A stretch of 64,000 nucleotides of DNA, from NCBI GenBank assembly GCA_965242965.1, contig OZ251518.1:2112001-2176000 (forward strand). Direction: 5' to 3'. This document shows positions 10,733 through 21,563 of this stretch, one piece after another; positions within the stretch are counted from its first letter, which is position 1; each line of letters opens with the position of its first letter. Made by a program: the position numbers and the translations under genes. This stretch comes from Candidatus Poribacteria bacterium (lineage in GTDB: Bacteria; Poribacteria; WGA-4E; WGA-3G). The notes under the pieces are model-generated. The model was not told where the DNA came from, made no database searches, and saw only the letters and a list, made by a program, of their open reading frames with translations.

Positions 10733-10837
10733 ATTTTTTCAGAGTTTTTGCTGCGTTATGAGGACCAGCCCCCCAAGCATGCAGCCGTGCGAAGAACAAT
10801 TCAGGCCCGCTTGCGATCTGGCGGACAAACCTATCAC

Positions 10838-12760
10838 TTACCGTTTCAATCCATCAACGCCAATTTCCTCCAACGGCAGGGGATCCTTTCCTTTATTTTT
10901 AAAGCACAGGACTGGCACGGTGAACATCTTCGCTTTCTTGAATACTGCGCCCCAATCGATAGCTCTACCCGGCACAGGAATGGGATCCTCGTAATCAGTA
11001 ACCTGATTTTCCTTGAGGAAATTTTCAATGACGTTGAACTTAATGGCGAAATTAACGTTTTGACGATCTGCTATTTCGATGCCATGTTCTCCTATTACCA
11101 AAAAAGGATCGAGCGCACTTACAACGACCCCGACCACATTTCCGGCAGCATCCAACACTGGCCCACCACTGTTACCACCCTGAGTATGCGCAGTATGCTG
11201 AAAGCGGTTATAGGGTAAGGAAGCAGCCATCGTAGAGGCAAGTCCGCTCACAGTGCCTAATGTGCCATTACCTTCGTAGGACAACACGTGACTCAGCGGA
11301 TATCCAAAAACAGCTATCTCCTCTCCTAATTCAACGGAGGAACTTCTGAATCTTGCAGGATTCGTATTCTGAACTGAGTCAACAAGCAGTGCAAAGTCAA
11401 CGTCCGTATCCCTCGCGATCACCGTCACACGTCGATAGGGAATTCGCACTTCGTCGTATGATTTCACAACATGCTCGTTGGTCAGAATGAGCGTTTCGTT
11501 GATGTAAAATCCGGTGCCAGATGACACGAGAACCTTAGGTTGCCAGTCAGCAACCTGTTGCTGAATCTCATTCCGCTGCTCTTCCGTTAACCGCTTTCCA
11601 ACTTCTTCACGCCGTGTAAGAACCTCGGTAGCCGAGTTAGGGTCAGCAGCCTGATTCAAATCCGCGAGGGTACGAGCAGCGAGGCTATACCAATAATATG
11701 CCTCCGCGTCAACTTTTGCTACGCCATATAAGCCTTCCGCAAACGCATTGCCGAGAAGATTTTGCGTAATTGCTGTCCCTTGATGTGCTGCTTCAAACGC
11801 GAATCTTAAGGCCTTTTCGGTGTTCTGTGGCACGCCCTTGCCCTCAAGATACATGTAGGCGAGGTTGTTTTGCGCGGTGGCATAGCCTTGTTCAGCCGCC
11901 TTTTGGAACCATTGGGCACCTTCTTGGAGGTCCGGATTTCCTACCTCGCCGCGGGCGTACATGACACCAAGGACGAATTGTGATTCGGCATGGCCCTGCA
12001 CCGCTGCTTGGTGATACAATCCGAAAGCTTTTAGCAAGTCCTGATCTACTCCTTTGCCTTCCCGATACATTGTAGCGAGTCCACTTTGCGCCGGGGCATA
12101 GCCTTGTTCAGCTGCCTTTGTATACCATTCCACAGCCTTTTCTAAGTCTGGAGTTACTACTCCGTCCAAACCTCCTTTATAGATTCGGGCAAGGTGGTAT
12201 TGCGCGGGGATATGGCCTTGGTTCGCAGCCTTTTGAAACCATTCTTCGGGCTTTTTGAGGTTTTCAGGCAAGGCATCATAGTCGTAGATGCACATGATGC
12301 CAAGGTTGAATTGCGTAGTAGGGTTAACGTATTCCGCTAACGATTGAAGGAATCTCGCAATAAGTTCCTTGAGAGTCTTTATTGAAGGTTCGGTTAAATT
12401 TCTGAGGCGTAAAACTTCCTGTCCCCCACCTACAGATCTCGCCGCAAGATGGGTGGACACCTCCTCAAGGCGGACAGCTTCTTCCACCGCTGCAACAGCA
12501 AAGTCGTTCATCGCGGGAAAATATTTCTTCTTGGCTGCTTTGGTGTACCATTCCACGGCCTTTTCAAGGTCTTGAGCCACCCCTTTGCCATGTTTGTACA
12601 TGTAGCCAAGATAGAACTCCGCGAGGCGATCCCCATCCCCTTTCATCGCGCGCTGCTCAAAATCGTATAGAGCGACTTCGTAATGCCCGCGTTCATAGGC
12701 CGCTATACCCGCGTCGTAGTTTGAAGGATTAGTGGACATTGGTGAAATTTCCTTAGTCAT
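10838..12760 (-). CDS. Sel1-repeat protein with C-terminal trypsin-like serine protease
   Basis: Multiple AxxxLGxMYxxGxGVxxD..AxxWYxKAA repeats; SGTGF, TNEHVV, DFALL, GGNSGGP triad. Confidence 0.9.
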   Translation of the reverse strand: MTKEISPMSTNPSNYDAGIAAYERGHYEVALYDFEQRAMKGDGDRLAEFYLGYMYKHGKGVAQDLEKAVEWYTKAAKKKYFPAMNDFAVAAVEEAVRLEEVSTHLAARSVGGGQEVLRLRNLTEPSIKTLKELIARFLQSLAEYVNPTTQFNLGIMCIYDYDALPENLKKPEEWFQKAANQGHIPAQYHLARIYKGGLDGVVTPDLEKAVEWYTKAAEQGYAPAQSGLATMYREGKGVDQDLLKAFGLYHQAAVQGHAESQFVLGVMYARGEVGNPDLQEGAQWFQKAAEQGYATAQNNLAYMYLEGKGVPQNTEKALRFAFEAAHQGTAITQNLLGNAFAEGLYGVAKVDAEAYYWYSLAARTLADLNQAADPNSATEVLTRREEVGKRLTEEQRNEIQQQVADWQPKVLVSSGTGFYINETLILTNEHVVKSYDEVRIPYRRVTVIARDTDVDFALLVDSVQNTNPARFRSSSVELGEEIAVFGYPLSHVLSYEGNGTLGTVSGLASTMAASLPYNRFQHTAHTQGGNSGGPVLDAAGNVVGVVVSALDPFLVIGEHGIEIADRQNVNFAIKFNVIENFLKENQVTDYEDPIPVPGRAIDWGAVFKKAKMFTVPVLCFKNKGKDPLPLEEIGVDGLKR

Positions 12761-12910
12761 CGTTTTCGCTTTCGCAATACAGCGCGCGCAGTCACGCGCC
12801 TCGATAGGTCCGAGTGCCGATTCTCAGCAGCGGCTCGTCACGAACCCAAGGTTCAAATAATATGATACCATTTATGCGCGGCATTGTCAAGTTTTTTGCA
12901 ATTCGCGACG

Positions 12911-13585
12911 CTACTCCTCCGTTAGCATCTTAGCGATGTCTTCTGGCAACCGCACGCCAAAATCCCGTTCAAATTCCGGCACGCTGCCGAACTCGCGCCG
13001 GAACTTGGCGGCGATATCCAACTTCTTCCTCCCTGCGGTTGCGAAATCAGCGCGTGCGTTCTCCCACTGCTGCAAGCGCAGCCAGACGATACCGCGGTGA
13101 TAGTAGGTATGCCGCGGAAGGGAATCAAGTTTTATTGACTGGCTCAAGTCGTGAATGGCCAGGTCAAGGCTGCCTTTATTCACGTAAACTTGCGCGCGCC
13201 CATAATAGGCACTTGCCTGCGTAGCGGCACTCGTTGTCAGCTCCATCACCTTGTTAAAGTCGGCAATGGCTCTATCGTATTCGCCTTTGCTACCGTAAAC
13301 TCGGCCGCGCTCCTGATAGGTGCTGATATAATCGGGTTTGAGCGTTATCGCCTTGCTAAAGTCTCTGATGGCCAGGTCAAGGTCGCCCTTGTCCTCGTAA
13401 GCCAGCCCGCGATTAATATAGACCCAGCGAAAATCCGGGAAGAGTTCTAGTGCCTTATTAAAGTCCTCAATGGCTCGGACATACTCGCCTTTCTGGTAAT
13501 AAGCCAGCCCGCGATAGACATAGGCTCTAGTGAGCGTCTCCTTATCACTCGGACTGAGCGATGTGACTTTATCAGTAACTTTCAT
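12911..13585 (-). CDS. TPR repeat protein
   Basis: Repeated AYxxRGxAYxxKGxYxxAIxDFxKA units. Confidence 0.9.
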   Translation of the reverse strand: MKVTDKVTSLSPSDKETLTRAYVYRGLAYYQKGEYVRAIEDFNKALELFPDFRWVYINRGLAYEDKGDLDLAIRDFSKAITLKPDYISTYQERGRVYGSKGEYDRAIADFNKVMELTTSAATQASAYYGRAQVYVNKGSLDLAIHDLSQSIKLDSLPRHTYYHRGIVWLRLQQWENARADFATAGRKKLDIAAKFRREFGSVPEFERDFGVRLPEDIAKMLTEE

Positions 13586-14394
13586 TTTTGTTCACCTTCG
13601 TTGTAGGCATCAATTGCCCCATCGTAAGCCGCAATTGCCTCATCGGGTTGACTTTCTTCGCTTCCCTCAAACCCGTGGTCCAACTCTCTACGTCGATCTG
13701 GTTCAACAGGTTTATCATAGGCACGCAAGCGCGCGAAACCATCAAAGTCTGGGAACAGCATCGCTTCTCTGATACCCGCTGCCTTCTCTAAAGAAGTCAA
13801 GATGGATTTCTTGCTGTTTCCTCGGATAACGCATTCTGCCGCCGCTTCAATGTTGTCACCCCCGAAAAGGAAGACGGATTGCTGCGCGAGGATGCGGCTG
13901 TTCTGCTGTTTGGGCTGCCATTGATACAGCGGATATCTCCCGCGTTCATCCTCTATGAAAAAGCAATTGATGTCATCGTCTAGCAATTCCGGCGTAATCT
14001 TTTTGAAGCGGAGCAGATTATCACTGCGCACTGCGTAGACTTTCCCGTTTGTTTCACCTTTCTCGCAGGCGAACCAAAGCGCAACCTGGGCACTACGCGT
14101 GAAATCTATCAAGCAGGTGGCCGCGCCGAAATGCTGCAGTTCCGCTAGTAACTCCAAATCGGCGAGTTGCTGTCCCTCTTTCACGTTGTGTCCGCGGAGG
14201 CGCGCATCCCGGAGATACTCCTCGTTGATTCTGAGCAGCGTCGCCGGATTTCTTTTCGCTTGTGGCAGGCGGAGATAGGCAGAAGGAACTATCTCGTAGG
14301 TTTCATTGGGAACACCCCGAAACAGATATTGTCCAGGCTCCAATTCTTCTATCCATGCGATAAACGCCGCGAGGTCTGTTATTTCTGTTGCCAC
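13582..14394 (-). CDS. FRG domain protein
   Basis: YLFRG, LQHFGAATCLIDFT...ALWFAC, RILAQQSVF, LFPDFDG. Confidence 0.9.
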   Translation of the reverse strand: MATEITDLAAFIAWIEELEPGQYLFRGVPNETYEIVPSAYLRLPQAKRNPATLLRINEEYLRDARLRGHNVKEGQQLADLELLAELQHFGAATCLIDFTRSAQVALWFACEKGETNGKVYAVRSDNLLRFKKITPELLDDDINCFFIEDERGRYPLYQWQPKQQNSRILAQQSVFLFGGDNIEAAAECVIRGNSKKSILTSLEKAAGIREAMLFPDFDGFARLRAYDKPVEPDRRRELDHGFEGSEESQPDEAIAAYDGAIDAYNEGEQK

Positions 14395-14644
14395 TTACCA
14401 GCCCTTCCATTTGGAAATTGTTTTCTCTATTGCATCGGCACCGCCGCGCGCCTTGCACAATAGTGAACGCCATTGGCGGAATGCATCGAGACCAGGAGGT
14501 CTCTCCTACGCGCGCCTTGCGAAATAGTGAATGCCATTCACGTGACATTATACCCTATCCAAACAGAATTGTCAAGTTTTTGCAATAAGGAATCCCGCAA
14601 ATCCTGATGCAGAACAGCCAAGGCATCGCCTCGTCAATAAAAAT

Positions 14645-14673
14645 TTGCAATTTTGTCCGAAATGTGGTATAAT
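14645..14673 (+). promoter_or_regulatory. Sigma70 promoter for sucC
   Basis: TTGCAA-17-TATAAT with TG extension. Confidence 0.75.
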
Positions 14674-14696
14674 ATCCTATAAGGAGCATACGTTTT

Positions 14697-15881
14697 ATGA
14701 ATATCCACGAATACCAAGCAAAAGAAATCCTTGAAACCTACGGTGTCAGCATGCCAGCCGGCGGTGTCGCCGAGACACCTGCCGAAGCAGAAGCAGTCGC
14801 ACGGGAACTCAGTTGTGCGCAATTCGTCGTGAAAGCGCAGATTCATGCCGGGGGACGCGGAAAGGGCGGCGGCATTAAACTGGCTAAAACACCCGCCGAA
14901 GTCCGACAACAAGCAGAAAATATCCTCGGCATGCAACTCGTCACGCCACAGACGGGACCGGAAGGGAAACTCGTCCGGAAGGTGCTTGTCACCGAAGCGG
15001 TGCAGTTAGAAAAAGAGTTCTACCTCGCCATTCTCGTTGATAGAGAGACTTCGCAACTCGCCTTAATCGGGTGCGCCGAAGGGGGCATCAACATTGAAGA
15101 AGTCGCGGCGCAGACACCGGAAAAGATTATCCGAGTCCAGCTCGAGCCAGCGTTCGGTATAACGCCGTTTCAAGCGCGGCAGTTTGCGTATCAATTCATC
15201 ACCGATGAAGCATATCGCTCGCTTATTCCGAAAACGACAGAACTCATCTTGTCACTCTACAACGCCTTCACCGCTGGCGATTGCTCGTTAGTGGAAATTA
15301 ACCCGCTGGCGATTGTGAAAACGGACGATGGACTGGACATCGCTGCTGTTGATGCCAAGGTAAATCTTGACGACAACGCGCTGTGGCGGCACCCCGAACT
15401 CGCTGCGATGCGCGACCCGCACGAAGAAGACGCACGCGAATTGGAGGCAAGCGAATCCGGCCTCAGCTACATCCGGCTTGACGGCAACATCGGATGCATG
15501 GTGAACGGCGCGGGGCTCGCAATGGCGACGATGGACATTATCAAACAGCACGGCGGGGAACCGGCGAATTTTTTGGATGTCGGCGGCGGTGCTTCAACCG
15601 AAGCGGTCGCGCACGCCTTCCGACTCATCCTCGCCGATGAGAACGTCAAGGCGGTGCTCGTCAACATTTTCGGCGGCATCATGAAATGCGACACGATTGC
15701 GAACGGCATCGTTGAAGCAGCCAAGCAGGTTTCACTCAACGTGCCGTTGGTGGTGCGGCTGGAAGGCACAAACGTGGAACTCGGAAAACAGATTATCGCC
15801 GATTCCGCGCTGAACGTTCAATCAGCAGATGGGCTTTCGGATGCGGCGCAATTGGCGGTGGCGGCGGCGAATGCAATGTAA
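14697..15881 (+). CDS. sucC: Succinyl-CoA synthetase beta subunit
   Basis: [34 protein letters not shown]. Confidence 0.98.
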   Translation: MNIHEYQAKEILETYGVSMPAGGVAETPAEAEAVARELSCAQFVVKAQIHAGGRGKGGGIKLAKTPAEVRQQAENILGMQLVTPQTGPEGKLVRKVLVTEAVQLEKEFYLAILVDRETSQLALIGCAEGGINIEEVAAQTPEKIIRVQLEPAFGITPFQARQFAYQFITDEAYRSLIPKTTELILSLYNAFTAGDCSLVEINPLAIVKTDDGLDIAAVDAKVNLDDNALWRHPELAAMRDPHEEDARELEASESGLSYIRLDGNIGCMVNGAGLAMATMDIIKQHGGEPANFLDVGGGASTEAVAHAFRLILADENVKAVLVNIFGGIMKCDTIANGIVEAAKQVSLNVPLVVRLEGTNVELGKQIIADSALNVQSADGLSDAAQLAVAAANAM

Positions 15882-15890
15882 ATGAGAAGG

Positions 15891-16136
15891 GGCATCGAGA
15901 CCAGGAGGTCTATCCTACCGCACCCTCTGGGTAGGAGGGACATCCTTGTCCCGATATGGGGATTGCATCGAGACCGGGAGGTTTCACCTACGGTATTGCA
16001 TCGAGACCAGGAGGTCTCTCCTACTGCACCCTCTGGGTAGGAGGGACATCCTTGTCCCGATATGGGGATTGCATCGAGACCAGGAGGTCTCTCCTACCGG
16101 AGAAGGGGCAGCGAGACCAGGAGGTCTCTCCTACTG
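15891..16136. repeat. REP cluster (GAGACC/GGGACA families)
   Basis: Several GCATCGAGACCAGGAGGTCTCTCCTAC and GTAGGAGGGACATCCTTGTCCCGAT units with internal duplication. Confidence 0.9.
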
Positions 16137-16158
16137 GGGAATTGGGACAGGCATCATC

Positions 16159-17337
16159 ATGGATAAACTGGGATTAAGCGATTTAGATGTTTCAGGGAAG
16201 CGAGTACTGGTGCGCGTGGATTTCAATGTGCCGATGCAAGACGGCCGCATCACCGATGAAACGCGTATCACATCCGCTTTGCCGACGCTCATGGAGCTCA
16301 TCAATCGGGATGCGAAAGTTATCCTCGTGACACACATGGGCAGGCCAGCGGGGAGAACGCCGAAATTTTCCACGGCCCCCATCGCCGATGCCCTCAGCAA
16401 ACGGCTCGGCCGGCGCGTGGCGCACGTTGGCGATTGCATCGGTGAAGCGGTGAAAAATGCTGTCGCATCACTACAAACAGGCGATGTCCTGCTCCTTGAG
16501 AACATCCGTTTCTATGCGGAAGAGACAGCCAACGATGCCGAGTTTGCGCGCGAACTTGCCGCCTATGCAGACGTTTACGTCAACGATGCGTTCGGAACGG
16601 CGCACCGCGCACATGCCTCAACAGAAGGTGTAACGCATTATCTGAACCCGTGTGCCGCCGGACTCTTGATGGCGCGCGAGATTTATTATCTCAGCACAAC
16701 CTTCGATAATCCGGAACGGCCTTATGTCGCTATCCTCGGTGGCGCGAAGATATCGGACAAAATTACGCTGATTGAGAATTTGCTAGGAAACGTGGATAGC
16801 CTGCTGATTGGCGGCGGCATGGCCTATACGTTCTTCGCGGCGATGGGACTGCCGGTCGGCGATTCGCTCGTCGAAACGGAGAAACTTGACGTCGCGAAAT
16901 CGCTTATTGAACAAGACCGGTTTGCTAATACTGTCATCCTACCGCTAGACAACGTCGTCGGGCGCGCGTTTCACGCCGAAACCGAATCGCGGATTGCTTA
17001 CAGCGGACATATCCCCGACGGATGGCAAGGCATGGATATCGGTTCACAGACAGTTGACGCATTCGGTGAAGCGATAGCCGCCGCCAAAACGGTAGTCTGG
17101 AACGGACCGCTCGGTGTCTATGAATTTGAGCAGTTCGCGCAGGGCACGATTGCCATCGCCAAGCATATCGCCGCATCCAACGCAATGAGCATCATCGGCG
17201 GCGGTGACTGCGTCGCGGCGGTCCAACAGGCGGGTGTCGCCGATAAGATGACGCATATCTCCACCGGCGGTGGTGCATCTCTGGAGTTTTTGGAAGGTAA
17301 ACCGCTACCCGGTATCGCCGCGTTAACTGATAAATAA
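16159..17337 (+). CDS. pgk: Phosphoglycerate kinase
   Basis: RVDFNVP, NDAFGTAHRAHAS, LGGAKISDK, STGGGASLE; ORF extension upstream is repeat-derived. Confidence 0.98.
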   Translation: MDKLGLSDLDVSGKRVLVRVDFNVPMQDGRITDETRITSALPTLMELINRDAKVILVTHMGRPAGRTPKFSTAPIADALSKRLGRRVAHVGDCIGEAVKNAVASLQTGDVLLLENIRFYAEETANDAEFARELAAYADVYVNDAFGTAHRAHASTEGVTHYLNPCAAGLLMAREIYYLSTTFDNPERPYVAILGGAKISDKITLIENLLGNVDSLLIGGGMAYTFFAAMGLPVGDSLVETEKLDVAKSLIEQDRFANTVILPLDNVVGRAFHAETESRIAYSGHIPDGWQGMDIGSQTVDAFGEAIAAAKTVVWNGPLGVYEFEQFAQGTIAIAKHIAASNAMSIIGGGDCVAAVQQAGVADKMTHISTGGGASLEFLEGKPLPGIAALTDK

Positions 17338-17339
17338 TT

Positions 17340-17523
17340 GAGGGGGTTTCATAACTCCGTTTCGGTATTTATCTTCCCTTGGGGGACAGGCGAATACCGA
17401 TCGAAAAGCGAGCGGAGGGTGCCGCGCATCGGGCCCCCTCTGTAGTTCGGGAGCGCCCGCTCCCGAACGGTTCAGGATCAGGCGATCCTGAACTACAGAG
17501 GTGATGCGTTCTGACACCGAACG
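17340..17523 (-). mobile_element. Truncated REP-carrying MITE
   Basis: GAGGGGGTTTCATAACTCCGTTTCGGTATTTATC matches the reverse complement of the right end of the 61653-62043 element. Confidence 0.75.
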
Positions 17524-17541
17524 CTTTGTGAAAATAAAAAA

Positions 17542-18978
17542 ATGTTTGACAAAATTATTCCTCGTAGTGAAGACTACGCCAAATGGTATACCCAAGTCAT
17601 CAGGCAAGCGGAGATGGCGGATTACGCGCCCGTGCGCGGATGCATGGTAGTGCGTCCCTACGGCTTCGCGCTCTGGGAGAACGTCAAAGCGCAATTGGAT
17701 GCGCGGTTTAAAGCGACCGGACACCAAAACGCCGCGTTCCCCCTTTTCATTCCAATGAGCTTCATCGAAAAAGAGGCCGAGCATGTGGAGGGTTTCAAAC
17801 CCGAACTTGCTGTTGTGACGCACGGCGGCGGCAAAAAGTTAGAAGAACCGCTTGTCGTTCGTCCCACCTCGGAGACTATCATCGGCTATATGTATAGCCA
17901 ATGGATCCAGTCCTACCGCGACCTGCCGGTGCTTATCAACCAGTGGGCAAACGTGGTGCGGTGGGAGTTGCGTCCCCGTCTTTTCCTCCGGACGATGGAA
18001 TTTTTCTGGCAGGAAGGCCATACGGCGCACGCCACACACGCCGAAGCGGAAGAGGAAACCCTCCGCATTCTTGACATCTACACTGACTTCGCGGTGAACG
18101 AAGCCGCGATTCCTGTCATCCCCGGTCGGAAAAGCGACAGCGAAAAGTTTCCCGGCGCGCTGACTTCCTATACCATTGAGGCGATGATGGGTGACAAACG
18201 CGCGCTCCAAGCCGGCACCTCGCACGACCTGGGGCAAAACTTCGCGAAAGCGTTTGACATTCAATATCTGGATGCAAACCAGAAACAGCAGCACTGCTGG
18301 ACGACCAGTTGGGGAGTCAGCACTCGCATGATAGGCGCGATAATCATGGCGCACGGCGATGACCAGGGGTTAGTGCTTCCCCCGCGCCTCGCACCGACGC
18401 AACTCGTCATCGTCCCAATTACGCCGAAGAACCGGGAAGACGACAAGCAGGCAGTCATGGATGCGGTTGCCAAGATATGTGAAACGTTAGACGGCGTTCG
18501 GTATCACGTTGACGATAGGCACGACTACTCAGTCGGCTGGCGATTCAACGAGTGGGAACTCAAAGGCGTGCCGCTGCGCATCGAGATTGGCCCCCGGGAC
18601 TTGGCGAAAAATCAGGTCGTCCTCGCGCGGCGCGATATCCCCGGCCGCGATGGCAAGACCTTCGTCTCGATTGCCAACGTTGCTGACGAGGTAAAGCAGA
18701 TGCTTGACACGATTCAAGCCGAGATGCTGAAACGGGCGACAGAATTCCGCGATGCGAACACCTTTGAACCTCTGTCTTATGAAGCGTTTCAGGAGGTTGT
18801 CGAGGAAGGATTCGCGCGCGCGCGGTGGTGCAGCAACGAAACTTGCGAAGACAAGGTAAAAGAGGAGACGCAGGCTACCGTCCGATGCATCCCGCTTGAG
18901 CAACCCGATGGCGCGGGGAGCTGCATCGTCTGTGGTTCAGTTGCAGAGGAGATGGCAGTTTTCGCGCGGGCGTATTGA
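17542..18978 (+). CDS. proS: Proline--tRNA ligase (eukaryote/archaea-like type)
   Basis: RPTSET, FLRTMEFFWQEGH, LQAGTSHDLGQNF, C-terminal FARAY. Confidence 0.97.
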   Translation: MFDKIIPRSEDYAKWYTQVIRQAEMADYAPVRGCMVVRPYGFALWENVKAQLDARFKATGHQNAAFPLFIPMSFIEKEAEHVEGFKPELAVVTHGGGKKLEEPLVVRPTSETIIGYMYSQWIQSYRDLPVLINQWANVVRWELRPRLFLRTMEFFWQEGHTAHATHAEAEEETLRILDIYTDFAVNEAAIPVIPGRKSDSEKFPGALTSYTIEAMMGDKRALQAGTSHDLGQNFAKAFDIQYLDANQKQQHCWTTSWGVSTRMIGAIIMAHGDDQGLVLPPRLAPTQLVIVPITPKNREDDKQAVMDAVAKICETLDGVRYHVDDRHDYSVGWRFNEWELKGVPLRIEIGPRDLAKNQVVLARRDIPGRDGKTFVSIANVADEVKQMLDTIQAEMLKRATEFRDANTFEPLSYEAFQEVVEEGFARARWCSNETCEDKVKEETQATVRCIPLEQPDGAGSCIVCGSVAEEMAVFARAY

Positions 18979-19046
18979 TCAACATCTGAAACTCCCGGTA
19001 TGCCCGCTTTGAAAGCGCGCATATCGGGTTCATCCAATCGAAAAAT

Positions 19047-19949
19047 ATGAGCATACTTGTTAACAAACACACAAAAGTCATCGTCCAAGGGATTACTGGC
19101 AGTTCCGGACGTTTTCATACCGAGCAGTGCGCCGCTTACGGCACCCAGATTGTCGCTGGTGCAGTGCCGGGCAGAGGCGGCACCGATGTCAACGGCATCC
19201 CGGTTTTTGATACCGTCGCGGAAGGCGTTGAAGCAACCGGTGCGGATACCTCCATGATTCTCGTTCCTGCGCGATTCGCCGCCGATTCGGTGATGGAAGC
19301 CGCCGCTGCTGGTGTCCACCAGATCGTCTGTATCTCCGAACACATCCCGGTTCTGGATATGGTGCGCGCGAAAGCGTTTCTGAAGAGGGTGAGCGATGTC
19401 AATCCCGCCATCATTCCGAACGGACCGCCGCGTCTCATCGGCCCGAACTGTCCGGGCATTATTACCCCAGACGAGTGCAAGATCGGCGTGATGCCGGCGT
19501 TCGCCTATAGTCCGGGCAACGTCGGCATTGTCTCCCGAAGCGGCACGTTGACTTACGAGGCGGCGTTCCAACTCAAGCAACTCGGCATCGGGCAATCCAC
19601 CTGCGTCGGTATCGGCGGAGACCCGGTGATTGGCACGAACTTTGTCGATGTCCTTCGGCTTTTTGAAGCAGATGACGAAACACACGCCGTTGTGCTAATC
19701 GGCGAGATTGGCGGCGCGGCGGAAGAGACAGCGGCGGAATTCGTGAAGAACTCCATGACGAAGCCTGTCGTCGGTTTTATTGCGGGACAAACCGCGCCGC
19801 CCGGCAAACGGATGGGACATGCAGGCGCGATTATCTCCGGCGGCAAAGGCACTGCATCCGAGAAAATAGCATCCCTGGAAGCAGCTGGCATTGTCGTAGC
19901 GGAAAGCCTCGCGACTATCGGGCACACCGTCGCGAATGTTTTGACGTAG
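19047..19949 (+). CDS. sucD: Succinyl-CoA synthetase alpha subunit
   Basis: [26 protein letters not shown]. Confidence 0.98.
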   Translation: MSILVNKHTKVIVQGITGSSGRFHTEQCAAYGTQIVAGAVPGRGGTDVNGIPVFDTVAEGVEATGADTSMILVPARFAADSVMEAAAAGVHQIVCISEHIPVLDMVRAKAFLKRVSDVNPAIIPNGPPRLIGPNCPGIITPDECKIGVMPAFAYSPGNVGIVSRSGTLTYEAAFQLKQLGIGQSTCVGIGGDPVIGTNFVDVLRLFEADDETHAVVLIGEIGGAAEETAAEFVKNSMTKPVVGFIAGQTAPPGKRMGHAGAIISGGKGTASEKIASLEAAGIVVAESLATIGHTVANVLT

Positions 19950-20305
19950 GTTGTCTGAACCTGACCCGTTCGGGTGCAGGCGCACCCGAACTACAGAACT
20001 AGCGTGCGCGCTTCCCTGTAGTTCAAGATCGCCTGATCTTGATCCGGTACCCGAACCATAGGGATCCCATTCGGGTGCAGGCGCACCCGAACTACAGAAC
20101 TAGCGGGCGCGCCATCTGTAGGTCAGGATCGCCTGATCCTGACCTGGTCCCGAACTATAGGACTTCCGTTCGGGTGCAGGCGCACCCGAACTACAGAGCT
20201 AGAGGGCGTGCCATCTGTAGGTCAGGATCGCCTGATCCTGACCTGGTTGTAATCAGGTGTGCATCGAGACCGGAAGAAATCGAGACCGGGAGGTCTCTCC
20301 TACAG
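19946..20305. repeat. REP cluster (GTTCGGGTGCAGGCGCACCCGAAC / GTCAGGATCGCCTGATCCTGAC)
   Basis: Three tandem ~100-bp units plus one GAGACC unit. Confidence 0.9.
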
Positions 20306-20351
20306 GGACATCGATTGCATCAAGACTGGAGCGAAACTTTAAGAGGAAAAA

Positions 20352-20618
20352 ATGATGAAGACCCTGCAAGTCCCAGAGTTCTCGACGTATGAGGAGGAAG
20401 CAACTTTTTGGGACAACCTTGACACCGCCGATTTCATGGAGGATGATGGACAGTGGTTCCGCTTTGAGACAGCGCACAAGCGCGCGATTCGGATTGCGAT
20501 TTTACCAGAAATCGCCGAAGAACTCTGGCAAAAAGCGCAAGCCCAAGACGTATCCATTGAAACCTTGGTGAATGTCCTTTTGATTGACTCCCTTAGGGAA
20601 TCCAAACCCCCAGGTTAA
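20352..20618 (+). CDS. CopG/BrnA-like antitoxin (orphan)
   Basis: VPEFSTYEEEATFWDNLDTADF N-terminus followed by RHH-like C-terminus. Confidence 0.7.
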   Translation: MMKTLQVPEFSTYEEEATFWDNLDTADFMEDDGQWFRFETAHKRAIRIAILPEIAEELWQKAQAQDVSIETLVNVLLIDSLRESKPPG

Positions 20619-20696
20619 CGACGCGGCGATGCACGTTTAGGGGCTCACTTTGGCAGCGCGCCAACGCGGTTCCCTCTCAAAAAATGGAGAGATCCG

Positions 20697-21563
20697 GTGA
20701 AAAAAGACATCCGTTACCTACAGACGAAAAAACAGCGGCGTGAACCGATTACGGTGCTGACCTGCTACGATTATCCTACCGCTTGCCTGCAAGAGAAAGC
20801 CGGGATTGACATCATCTTCGTCGGCGACAGTGTCGGCACGAACGTCCTCGGCTACCAAAGCGAGACAGAGGTGACGATGGCGGATATGCTCCATCATCTG
20901 AAAGCGGTGCGCCGTGGCGTGACAGATGCCTATCTCCTCGTCGATCTGCCTTTTGCCGCGGCGCGGCAGCCAGCACAAGCAGTCTCAAATGCGAACCTTT
21001 TTGTATCGCACGGCGCAGATGGCGTGAAGTTGGAGGGAGGCGTTGAAAAAGTGCCGATTATCGCCGCCTTAACCGAAGCCGGCATTGAGTCATGCGCGCA
21101 CATCGGGCACAATCCGCAAATCCATGGCACGAAAGCCGCCACGCACGGAAAAACAGTCGCGAAGGCGAAGCAACTCATTGAAACCGCTGTCGCGCTCACC
21201 GAAGCTGGCGCGCAGTGCATCGTGCTAGAAAAGGTCACCGAAGAGGTAAGTCAACTCATCACCGAAAGTGTCTCTATCCCAACCATCGGCATCGGCGCGG
21301 GGCGGTTTTGTGACGGACAGGTGCTGGTTATCAACGATGTTTTGGGGATGGGACCTGCCTTCAAGCATGCCAAACGGTATCAAGAGTCTGGTAGTCTGAC
21401 GTTTGAAGCGATTTGCCGATATAAGCAAGAGGTTGAAGGTGGCGATTTTCCTACTGATGCCAATGCCGCGCATATCGCGCCTGATAAATTGGAGAGGGTT
21501 CGGAAGTGGTTGCAGTTGAGGCACTCGTCCGTTTCACATCAAACGCCTCCAGAGAAAACATAA
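20697..21563 (+). CDS. panB: 3-methyl-2-oxobutanoate hydroxymethyltransferase
   Basis: TCYDY, FVGDS, VKLEGG, TIGIGAG..CDGQVLV. Confidence 0.96.
   Translation: MKKDIRYLQTKKQRREPITVLTCYDYPTACLQEKAGIDIIFVGDSVGTNVLGYQSETEVTMADMLHHLKAVRRGVTDAYLLVDLPFAAARQPAQAVSNANLFVSHGADGVKLEGGVEKVPIIAALTEAGIESCAHIGHNPQIHGTKAATHGKTVAKAKQLIETAVALTEAGAQCIVLEKVTEEVSQLITESVSIPTIGIGAGRFCDGQVLVINDVLGMGPAFKHAKRYQESGSLTFEAICRYKQEVEGGDFPTDANAAHIAPDKLERVRKWLQLRHSSVSHQTPPEKT

Noticed and set aside
15946-16158. N-terminal extension of Pgk (also of Rpn, PheS, HisI and DUF262 copy 2)
   Set aside because: Upstream in-frame read-through of repeats or neighbouring sequence; downstream starts match family N-termini
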